NCBI RefSeq assembly: GCF_963921235.1
Contig: NC_086104.1
Span: 41,354,001-41,418,000, forward strand
Direction: 5' to 3'
Source of the DNA: Mobula hypostoma
Taxonomy: Eukaryota
DNA: 64,000 nt
In this document: positions 12,600 through 23,743 of the stretch, in pieces
Layout of the letters: every line of letters starts with the position of its first letter
Position numbering within the stretch: the stretch's first letter is position 1
Made by a program: the position numbers and the translations under genes
The notes under the pieces: model-generated
The model's database searches: none
What the model was told of the DNA's origin: nothing
Seen by the model: only the letters and a program-made list of their open reading frames with translations

Positions 12600-15500
12600 T
12601 CTCCATAGATGTTAATCTAATAGGCCTATAGTTCTCCCTATGCCCTATAATATTAGACTCTCCTAGTCTGGGGAAAGGATTGTGACTATCCAGCTTATCA
12701 TGATTTTATTAACCTCATGAAGATCTCCCCTCAGGCTCCTTGGACCTAGGGAAAACAGTCCCTGCTTGTCTAGTCTTGCCATCCTCCCTTTATTGGGCAA
12801 AGGGGTCACATTTGTTAGTTTCAAATCTTCTGTTACCCTGCCAGAATTTAGCAAGTTTGAAAATTTTCAATTAGTTGGTGCACTACCTCCACAGCCACTT
12901 CCTTAAAAGTCCTTGGGAGCAGATCACTGTCCCTAGGCAATTTGTCTGCCTTTAGCCCATTTGCTTTGTTAAGGGTACTTGCAGAATCTTTAATGGTAAG
13001 GACAGATGCAAAAACTTCTCTCTACCCCCTCCCCCCTCCGTCTCCTCCCTCTTCTCTCTCCCTCTCCCTCCCTTATATAGTTTCTTTGCTTCCTGGTACT
13101 AATTCAACAGCCTTGTTCTCTCAAGGTCCTACAATTCTTAGCCGTCGTCTTCTTATTTATCTATCCAGAGTCATGCTTACTGTTTGTTTTGATGTTACAT
13201 GCAAGCTTTCTCTCAAAATCAATTTTCTGCTTTCATGCAAGCTTTTTAATTTCTCACTCTGGGAATACTAAATCAAATCAATTTAAAATTATCTTTAACC
13301 TCCTTTGTTAACCACGGATTGGTGCCTCTTTCTTATAAAATCCCTCTTTTTAATTGGGATAACCATAGAACCATAGAAACTACAGCACAGAAACAGGCCC
13401 TTTGGCCCTTCTTGGCTGTGCCGAACCATTTTCTGCCTAGTCCCACTGACCTGCACACGGACCATATCCCTCCATACACCTCCCATCCATGTATCTGTCC
13501 AATTTATTCTTAAATGTTAAAAAAGAACCCGCATTTACCACCTCGTCTGGCAGCTCATTCCATACTCCCACCACTCTCTGTGTGAAGAAGCCCCCCCTAA
13601 TGTTGCCTTTAAACTTTTCCCCCCTCACCCTTAACCCATGTCCTCTGGTTTTTTTCTCCCCTTGCCTCAGTGGAAAAAGCCTGCTTGCATTCACTCTATC
13701 TATACCCATCATAATTTTATATACCTCTATCAAATCTCCCCTCATTCTTCTACGCTCCAGGGAATAAAGTCCTAACCTATTCAACCTTTCTCTGTAACTG
13801 AGTTTCTCAAGTCCCGGCAACATCCTTGTAAACCTTCTCTCCACTCTTTCAACCTTATTTATATCCTTCCTGTAATTTGGTGACCAAAACTGAACACAAT
13901 ACTCCAGATTCGGCCTCACCAATGCCTTATACAACCTCATCATAACATTCCAGCTCTTATACTCAATACTTCGATTAATAAAGGCCAATGTACTAAAAGC
14001 TCTCTTTACGACCCTATCTACCTGTGACGACACTTTTAGGGAATTTTGTATCTGTATTCCCAGATCCCTCTGTTCCACTGCACTCCTCAGTGCCTTACCA
14101 TTAACCCTGTATGTTCTATGTTGGTTTGTCCTTCCAAAGTGCAATACCTCACACTTGTCAGTATTAAACTCCATCTGCCATTTTTCAGCCCATTTTTCCA
14201 GCTGGTTCAAATCCCTCTGCAGGCTCTGAAAACCTTCCTCACTGTCTACTACACCTCCAATCTTTGTATCATCAGCAAACTTGCTGATCCAATTTACCAC
14301 ATTATCATCCAGATCATTGATATAGATGACAAATAACAATGGACCCAGCACTGATCCCTGTGGCACACCACTAGTCACAGGCCTCCACTCAGAGAAGCAA
14401 TTCTCTACCACCACTCTCTGGCTTCTTCCATCGAGCCAATGTCTAATCCAATTTACCACCTCTCCATGTATACCTAGCGACTGAATTTTCCTAACTAACC
14501 TCCCATGCGGGACCTTGTCAAAGGCCTTACTGAAGTCCATGTAGACAATATCCACTGCCTTCCCTTCATCCACTTTCCTGGTAACCTCCTCGAAAAACTC
14601 CAACAGATTGGTCAAACATGACCTACCACGCACAAAGCCATGTTGACTCTCCCTAATAAGCCCCTGTCTATACAAATGCTTGTAGATTCTGTCTCTTAGT
14701 ACTCTCTCCAATAACTTACCTACTACTGACGTTAAACTCACCGGCCTATAATTTCCCGGATTACTTTTCGATCCTTTTTTAAACAACGGAACAACATGAG
14801 CCACTCTCCAATCCTCCGGCACTTCACCCGTAGACAGCGACATTTTAAATATTTCTGCCAGGGCCCCCGCAATTTCAACACTAGTCTCCTTCAAGGTCCG
14901 AGGGAACACCCTGTCAGGTCCCGGGGATTTATCCACTTTAATTTTCCTCAAGACAGCAAGCACCTCCTCCTTTTCAATCTGTACAGTTTCCATGGTCTCA
15001 CTTCCTGCTGAGCATGACCAAGCTGCCACTGTTAATCTACTGACCTCTCTCTCAGCTTATTTTTTCTCAGTTCACTGTAGATAACTTCACCTTCATACTA
15101 ATTATTAATTGAGTAAAACAAGTGGTTTTGGTCATGTAGTATTCACCCTCAAACTCGATCTTGAATTCTATGATATTGTGGTCACTGCCTCCCAGGGGAG
15201 CTTTAACCACAAAATCTCTTATTAGTACCTCTCCATTACTCCTAGCCAAGTCTAAAATAGCCTGTTTCTTGCAGGTTTGTTATCATACTACTCTATAAGA
15301 AACAATCCCTGCTGCTTTCTGCTATTTTTCTTGATAAAGGCAGTGCTAGTTTGGTTTGTTAACATAATGTGTAGGTTCAGATCTGCCATTACAATTGCAG
15401 TTCTCTTCAAACATGCTGTCCATATTTTCCCAATTATTCTTTTCTCTTTAAAGAGGTCACATTTTGGAAGCCTTTAGACAACTCCCACCTGCGTATCTTT

Positions 15501-15740
15501 CCCTTGCTATTCATGATTTCAACCCAAACCAATTCTACATTATGATATACTGCCTCTATATTGTGACTCAGCACCACTCTGATACATTCCGTGATTAACA
15601 ACACTAAACTGCCTCACTTTTCTTTGGCCAGCTCTTTTGGAACATTTCACCCTGAAATATTGAGCTCCCAGTCCTGGTCATGCTGCAGTCATATGGTCAT
15701 AATAGCTATTAGATCACAATCATATGGTGATACTTTATCT
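12600..15740 (-). mobile_element. Old degraded CR1 LINE, host of the young copy at 13361-15003
   Basis: Minus-strand remnants TNVTPL (12663 ORF) and PLGGSDHNIIEFKI (15067 ORF) lie on both sides of the young copy. Confidence 0.7.
13361..15003 (-). mobile_element. Young 5'-truncated CR1 LINE with uninterrupted RT reading frame (~520 codons)
   Basis: ORF 13437-15029 has DKSPGPD, NYRPVSLTS, QHGF, DFSKAFDKVPH, GVPQGSVLGP and FADD with no stops. (TCTATGGT)n tail at ~13361-13378. Confidence 0.96.
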
Positions 15741-15769
15741 GATAATTGAATTCAATTAAAGACTATTAA

Positions 15770-16235
15770 GAGCATAGAAAAGTATAGCACAGAACGGGCT
15801 CTTGGCTCACAGTGTTGTGCTGTGCAGGCCTGTATAACTTACTTCACTCCATAACCTATTTTTTCTTACATCCACGTGCCTATCTAAGAGTCTTTAAAAT
15901 GTCCCTGTTTGTTTCAGCCTCTACCACCACCCCCAGCAGTACATTCCAGACACCCACCACTCTGTGTAGATAACCAATCTCTGACATTTCCCCATAACTT
16001 TTGTTTGCTCACCTTAAACAAATATACTTTGGTTTTGGACACTGCCGTCCTAAGGAAAAGGTGGTGGCTGTCCACTCTATCTCAGCCTCTAATAAACTTA
16101 GGCACCTCTATCAAGTCACTTTTCATCCTCTGTCACTTCAGAGAGGAAAGCCCTAGGTCACACAGCTATTCCTCATATGACATGCTCTCTAATTCAGGCA
16201 GCATCCTGGTAAATATCTTCTGCATCCTTTCTAAC
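15770..16235 (-). mobile_element. CR1 3' fragment
   Basis: catagaaaagtatagcacag tail and degraded C-terminal ORF2 on the minus strand. Confidence 0.75.
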
Positions 16236-17599
16236 ATTGTAGGAGTCAGATTCTCTGCTACAGTACTCTTGAAACTATGCATTTTTCTCTCTATTTTATT
16301 TTCCCTTTCTAAGTGGTTCAGGTGATTATCTTAGATTATTGAACGTGCATAGACCGTTTAAAGTATCAGGGTTTGCTGAGGGAGTACTCTGCAAGCTCTA
16401 AGTACAAAGCCAGGAAGTTGTGTTGAAACTTTGTGTAATAGCAGTGATTATATCTTAGGAAGGATATGATGATCCAAGGGAGTGTTTTATTTAATTTTTT
16501 ACATTTATGTGGGCGTTGCCAGCTAAGCCAGCATTTATTGCCCATCCCTGGTTGCCCTTGAGAAGGTGGTGATGAGTGTGCAGTATTCATGACTGGTTCT
16601 CCTCAGGGTACTGTTCTGTAACCAGTTCCCTACCAGGATAGTTCGCAGGTTGGCTGTGACTAAGCTTCCCACACTGCAGGAAGAAGATGCCGGTAGCCCT
16701 GCAGCAGCTGGCAAGTTTATACTGCTAGTTTCCCAGACGCTCGATTATATGTATGGGTGGACTTAAATCAGATGTTCATTAGTTGGAAAGGAGCTATGTA
16801 ACTGAGGTGCAAGCAGAATCAATCAGTGGCTTCAGAAGGAAATTATTAGGTACTTGAGGGAGAGCAGTTTCCTGAATCATGGGGAAAGAGCAGAGAAGGG
16901 GGACTGATGGGATCACCATAGGAGGAGGCAGTATGGCCTCCTCCTGCGCTGGGTCAATTTGCTGATTTGATTTCTATGATAGAAAATAGAAGTTCATTGA
17001 CATGCCTTGGTAAGCACATTCCTTTTTTTCCCTCATTAACTCCACTAGGGGTTTTTTTTTGGTTAGGATAGGTTTTATTGCAGATCTAAAGGTGAGGCTA
17101 GCACAGTCCATGATTTCAGCCATGAATTTCAGCACCTGCCCATGCAATATTAGGTGCTGGAGGATGAGAATTGCTGCCTGATTTGGAATGTTTTTTCTAG
17201 AAACTGATATCTCATTAATGGATATTCCTTTTTAATAGCAAGGAAGATCTTAACTACTGTCAAAGAGCTTTGGGCACTAAAATTTAACAGTAAACAATGT
17301 GGGAATTCTTCTGATATTTAAAATATATACTTAACTTTCTCTCTTAACCCACTTCTATATTTATTTTGCTTTGCATACTTGATTTGCACTTGAATTATTC
17401 TGGGTGACTTTCTCAGTTGGACTTTGTGCTACTTTTCATTTTTGGTTAAAAAGATGTAATTGATTATAATTCAGATGCTCTGGCGTGGTGTTATTTTCCA
17501 TTGTGACAACATCAACGAATTCTGATAAAACTGAACAATAGGCAACAAAAGGCAAACACAACTAATGGTGAAATTCATGCCTTGAACAGAGGGAAATGA

Positions 17600-18420
17600 T
17601 GTGAGTTTTGGCCATCAATTATTCCAGCTTCATAGTGTTACTGCAAGAGTTTCTCTAGGTACTGTCCTTGACCCATCAGTGCTTCAACACAGGTGTTCTT
17701 TCTTTCACAAGGTGAGAAATGGAACTGGAGAACTGACTACATAAAGTTTAATTCCATTCTCAATTCCTCAGCTATTGACACAGACCATGCCAACATGCAG
17801 CACGATGTAGACATCAAATGGGCATGAGTGATAAGAGACAAGTAGCATTTGTGCTGCAGAAGTGTAAGACAATGGCCATTTCCAAAAGAAGGGAGATCAA
17901 CCACCTCCCTTTGACATCAATAGTGTTACATGGTCAACTCATTCACCAGCACCATCTGTGGCTGGGGTAAAGGTTTGCTCTGACCCAGAAGTCAACTGGA
18001 CTGACTATAAGAAAGGTAGCAGCTACAAGAATAGGACAGGAGCTCATTACCTTATGATCAGTGACTCCTCGTGATACCCTTAGGTGTTAAACATTCATAT
18101 TTTCCACTACCAGCGTGGTTGTATTACGTGCCATCTATGCTGCAGTTAGCATCCAGGCCATTCTTGACAGCACTTAGGACCTTACCCCCAAGAAACTCAT
18201 TTGGCATGAAATATTACATCCTGGTTCGGAAATGTATTGCAGGCCATGATCTGGAATGGAAATATATTGCTGGGTATAAATCCTGAAATGTCATTCATAG
18301 CACAACTGTGAGAATACTGCCACCAGGGGTTGCAGCTGTTCAAAAGAATGGCTCAGCACCACTCTTTTGCAAATGGGCAATAAATGCTGTTCATACCAGT
18401 GACGTCTGATCTCAAATAAT
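17600..18420 (+). mobile_element. Ancient degraded LINE fragment (CR1/L2-group)
   Basis: 3' end tgggcaataaatgctg is shared, inverted, with 16500-16570 (cagcatttattgcccatccc). Faint RT-like remnants; edges approximate. Confidence 0.45.
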
Positions 18421-18845
18421 GAATGTAATGATGGAAAGGACCATCTAGCATAAGGGTTCATGAAATGTCACATCAAATCCAGGCTGCTATTCCTGCATAA
18501 TCGTGGAGTGTATCATTCATAAAAGAATTGATGTTGAATATTTTGATGTGAAATAGTTAGGGTGTACTCTGGAGTTATGGAATATAGCAAATATTAATTT
18601 GGATAGCAACCAGTCTTAAGATCTGAATGTGGATTGTAGATTGAGTTTGAAATACAGCTCAGAACAATGGCGTTCTTGGAGCTACAGAATGCAAACCAAG
18701 AAATACTAATTGACCTGAGATGTCTGCATGAATGCAGATCAGAGAGAAAGGTGATTAGCAGTCATTTTGGATGTCTGGAGCGTTGCTGTGAAGATGGAGG
18801 TGTTTGAAAATTATATGTAATTCAAAGGAAGCATTGTGGATACAT

Positions 18846-19028
18846 TGTAACTATAGAATTGTCCTACCGTTACCTTTGATCTTGAGCATATTAAAAATGT
18901 CATTCAATATTGGATCAGGGAGCCTCTTCTAGGAGTGTCTCCAGTATAATGCCTGCTTGTGTGCTGAATAAAGACTTCCATATCACCAGCTTCAGTGTCT
19001 CCCAGTGACTTTGATCACAGTCACTACA
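18846..19028 (+). mobile_element. Candidate solo LTR (183 bp)
   Basis: TGTA...TACA termini, a TATAAT followed by AATAAA, and near-matching 4-bp flanks (acat / aaat). Confidence 0.5.
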
Positions 19029-19348
19029 AAATGAAATAAAAATCACCAGAATAGAAGTTTAAGAGCTAGGAGGATTTGGAAGTGTTGCACATAGCAGTAA
19101 ATTCTGTTCAAATATTTCAGTCTGCTTTCTGAGTTGTTATAATTTACTATCAACTTTATATCTTTCGAAAGATCAATGTTCTTTTTTAAACTCTGCGTTA
19201 TCACTCACTCCCTCTCCTCACGTCCCATATTTCCGAATAGAAATTGCCTTCCTCGGGACAGCATTCCATAACTGCTGATGAAAGGCTGATAATCTGGGCT
19301 ACAGAATACTTCAGATTATTAGCAGAAGCAAGTGAATAGTTTGACTTC

Positions 19349-22300
19349 TGTATGTGGCCGTTTACACAACAATATTGTTAATAAAAACGCTAGAGACTGG
19401 AGCTAAGTCCACAGGGGCTTTTACTTATGGAACCCGAACTGAACACGGTTAGGGTTAGGGAGTCAGGGCAAGATGTTGTTGAATTCTTCACCTGAGCATC
19501 CAGGATTTGATCGACATGACGTCTCTATACATCAGTGGCCCATCTATGGCGGAAATTATACCTGGCTGCCACTTTTCAGTCCAGTAATCCCATGCAAGAA
19601 CTGACTGTCCCACATTGAAGCTCTGTGTTGACTTAGCATTCAAGTGTTTGCACTGTCTGTTCTCTACATCATGCCGTACATCTGGTTTGAGAAGATCCAT
19701 GTGGGACCTCAGGTTCCCGTTCAGAAATATCATTGCTGGAGTCTGGTTAGTGCCTGTACGTACCGTATTATGATAGGCAAGGAGGAAGCTGTCTATCTTG
19801 TGTTGTAGTGTCGATTGTCGCTTTCCCTTGCCTTGAGGGCTTTCTTGAATGTCTGTACAAATCTTTCTGTCAAGCCATTTGTGGATGGATGGTAAGGAGC
19901 CGATGTAAAGTGCTTGATTCCATTGTTCTTCACAAAACTTTGCAATTCTTCAGAGACAAATTTTTATCCATTGTGCAGATTTGCTGTGGTATGCCATTCC
20001 TGACGAACATGGCCCTCAGCAGTGTAATGGTCTTTTCCGATGTGGTTGTCTTCATTTTGATGACCTCTGGCCATTTGGAATGTGCATCAACGGCGATTAA
20101 AAAGATAAGAGTCCATGAATGGTCCAGCAAAGTAGATGTGCGCTCGCTGCCATGGTGATGAGGGCCACTCCCATGGATGGAGAGGGGCTTGTGGTGGTGT
20201 GTTCTGGATCTTTTGACATCCAGAGCAGTTCTTGGTCATGTCCTGAATTTGTTTATCGATTCCTGGCCACCACACATAGGCATGGGCAAGACCTTTCATC
20301 TTCACGGTACCCCGGTGCCCCTCGTGCAGTTCCTCCAGCATTCTGGTGCGTAACTTGGGAGGAATCACAACTCATGAGCCACGCATCGGTGTTCCTCGAC
20401 ACACTGACAACTGCTCGCTCGTCACTGAGAAGGCTGGAAACAGTGTGTTACCCTACACTAGCCATCCCTTTACCGTGATGTCATACACTTTTGACAACAT
20501 AGGGTCATTGCGTGTTTCCCTTTCAATGAGGCTGTTTGTTACTGGTAATTGTTCAACTATTGTTCTATGAAAGATCTCTGCTGAATCCGTTTGCCTAGTT
20601 ACCTTGGAAGTGGGCAGTGGCAAGCGTCACAAACCATCTGCGTTGCCGTGTTGCCTGGTCCCCTTGTGTTTGGTGTTGTACCTGTGACCTCCTAAGAAAA
20701 GGGACCATCGCTGTAGCCTTGTGCTGTCATCACTGGAATGCCTTTTCGTGGATTGAAGATTGACATGAGCGGCTGATGGTCAGTCAACAGAGTAAACTTT
20801 TGGCCATACAGGTAGTGACTGAATTTCTTGACTCCCCACATGAGGCTTAGGGCCTCTCTGTCAATCTGTGCATAGCTGCGTTCAGCTGAAGTTAGCGTAC
20901 TTGAGGCAAAGGCTATTGGCCTTTTGGAGCCATCAGAAAACGTGCGATAACACAGCTCCTATCCCATGGGGCAAGGCATCGTAAGCTAGTTGGATAGGTA
21001 TGGAGTGGTCAAAGTGCGCGAGCACCCCTTCTGAAGTTATGAGTCTTTTAGTTTCTTGAAACGCCTTCTCACAGCTCTCAGTCCACTTCCATTGAGTCCC
21101 TGCCTGTAATAATGCATTTAGTGGGTGTATGACCGTGGATAGGTTAGGCAAGAACTTGCGGTAGTAGTTCACTAGACCAAGATATGCTCTCAGCTGAGAC
21201 ACATTTTCAGGTGGTGGTGCCTTAAGCACCGCTTCTGTCTTGTCTTGAGACATGTGTAAGCCATCCTTGTTGATCACATGCCCAGAGTGTGAAATTTCCT
21301 TTTTGAAAAACTCACATTTCTGTTGATTAGCTCCGAGCCCATATTCTTGTAACCTGGTGAGCACTTGTTTTAGGTGAGAAAGATGTTCATCGTCATCTTT
21401 GCCGGTGACAATGATGTGATCCAGGTAACGCTGAATCCCTGGAATCCCCTGCAGAACCTGGTCCATTGCCCTTTGCCAGATTGCAGGCACTGATGCCATC
21501 CCAAACACCAACCTGTTGTACTGGTGAAGTCCTTTGTGTGTATTTATTGTCAGGTATGGATGCTTGGATGCTTCCTCGATTTCCATTTGAAGGTAAACTT
21601 GGGTCAAATCAATTTTTGTGAAATGTTCCCCTCCTGACAGGGAAGCAAAAATGTCTTCAATACAAGGTAGAGGATACTGTACTGTGTGGAGCACTGGGTT
21701 AACAGTCACTTTAAAGTACCACATATGCGCACCTTGCTTGGTTTTCCTGGTTTTGTGCTGGAGGCTTTCTTCATCACTGGAACAATAGGCGTGGCCCATT
21801 CACTCCAATCCACCTTTAACAGGACCCCAACCTGCCCAGAATTTTCAGCTCTGCCTCTACTGTAGGACGGATTGCATATGGCACTGGCCTGGCTTTGTAA
21901 AATTTTGGACATGCATTTTCCTCAATCTCAATCCTTGCCTTCATGCCCTGAAGTGTTCCTATTCCTTTCATGAACACTTCTTCAGAGTCAGCAAGTATTT
22001 GTGACAGTTTCTCAGATGTAGCCTTGCTGCCCTCCTTTGCTGACAAATCTAGTGCCTTGATGGTGTGCCAATCCAACTGAATTTTCCTCAGCCATTCACG
22101 TCCCAGTAATGGTGGTCCTCCATTTTTCAATACATAGAGGTTCAGTTCCTGTGTTTTACCTCCGTGGGTCACTGTCACATTAATTTTGCCTTCTGGATGC
22201 ATATTCTGTCCTGTGTAAATCTTTACCAGTAGTTTAGTTTGTTTCAGAGGTATGTGTGAAAGCAGTTGTTTGTAGTCGTGTACAGAGATCAGTGTTAAGG

Positions 22301-23743
22301 CTGAGCCTGTGTCCAACTCCATTTTCAGTCTCACGCCTGCCACTTGTGGAGTGATCGATATTACTCTTCGATCATCTGTCTCTTCCACGCTGTGAAGTGG
22401 CAGACAAGATAATTCACTTTTGTCTGAGTCATTTTCATCAGAATTGCTTTCTTTCATTTTGTGCACATTGTTATATTTTCCTTTCTGGGGTTTCTTGTAT
22501 CTCTGTATTTTGTCCTTTTCCTGCTGTTTACTAGCTTTGCATACTCTGCCAATGTGGCCCTGTTTGCCACAGTTTCTGCATTCTGTATCTTTAAACCAAC
22601 ACCCATCAGGGTCATGTGACCTGTTCCCACAACGGTAATATTTCTGCGCAGTGTCATTTTATTCATAGCATATTCCAGAGGTTTTTGTTGTATCTCTGAA
22701 AACCTCATGCGGCTGTTTCTAATGATATTGAGACGTTTAGTGCTTTCTCTAATGTAAGATCTTTTTAACATAGGAGCTTCTTCTGTGTGGTTTCACAGTA
22801 CATGCCACACACTAACCTGTCCCTCAATGCGTGTGATAGCCCAGCTCCAAATTGACAGTGTTCTGATAATTTGCGCAATTCAGCACAATATTCAAAAATG
22901 CTTTCATTTTTGCTCTGATTCCGTTTATGGAATTTAAATCTTTCAGCAGTGACCAGCAGTTTGGGGTTTAAATGCTGTTGGAGAGTGTCTACTATTTGCC
23001 TGAAAGTTTTGTCAGCTGGCTTTTCAGGGGTTAACAAGGTCTGTAAGCAGGCCGTATGTTTTTGCGCCCATTACACTAAGTATGACACTGGCTTTCTTTT
23101 CTGCATTAACATTGTTAGCATCACAATATAACTCTATTCTTTCAATATAAATTGCCCAGTCTTCAATGCCACTATCAAATGGTTCCAATTAACGCCATCC
23201 TTGTTGTGTTAATTTATCCTTGTTATGTCAATTCAGCCCCGGTCCCTTGTTTTCTTTCTGACTCTCGTGACCTTTTTTTTTGCTAGCGTTGCAAGCATAC
23301 TCTGGCTAGATGTATGTGTCGCTATTTTTTAATCTCTCTTCTGAGGTAGGCAGACCCTCAGCCCTGGGGTTCAGCGCCGGCTGTGGTCTCGCCTGGACGC
23401 GCCGCGGCCCTGACTGTCTTTCAGTCTCCCGACGTTCCCGACTCCGGCTGAACTCCCGCTTCTTTTCAGACTCGCGGCCTCATTATGCCTCTTCTGAGTG
23501 CCGTTATCAATTAAAACATGGCGTTCTGATATGATGCAGGTTCATTAACCTCGTCGCCAATTTGTTGTGTATGTGGCCGTTTACACAACAATATCATTAA
23601 TAAAAACGCTAGAGACTGCAGCTAAGTTAACGGGCTGTTACTTACAGAACTTGAACTGAACACATATATACAAATCAATACGTGCCTAATAGCGCATGCT
23701 CAATAACGTGTTACTACGACATAAAATAGTCCCATATTATACA
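19349..23743 (-). mobile_element. Ty3/Gypsy LTR retrotransposon (Mag-like), degraded; 3' LTR truncated
   Basis: 5' LTR at 23563-23743 (TG...CA) and partial 3' LTR at 19349-19446. Gag (ERFKFHKRNQ, LRDRLVCG) with two CCHC-type knuckles, protease LDTGS, RT (RLVFG, YLDH), RNase H, integrase (H..H..WWPG..C..C; [10 protein letters not shown]). Confidence 0.95.
23549..23559 (-). promoter_or_regulatory. Primer-binding site TGGCGACGAGG (tRNA-Ser(GCU)-type)
   Basis: Begins 3 nt after the 5' LTR on the minus strand. Complementary to the CCTCGTCGCCA 3' end of vertebrate tRNA-Ser(GCU) as I recall it. Confidence 0.8.

Noticed and set aside
13437-15029. 530-aa ORF as a domesticated host gene
   Set aside because: It is a 5'-truncated CR1 ORF2 with its retrotransposon tail; the N-terminal codons come from flanking sequence.
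19447-19460. TTAGGG as a chromosome end or fusion site
   Set aside because: Only ~2.3 units, one orientation, inside a TE.
23549-23559. tRNA-Ser 3' end as a tRNA gene
   Set aside because: Only 11 nt including CCA, adjacent to an LTR; this is a primer-binding site.
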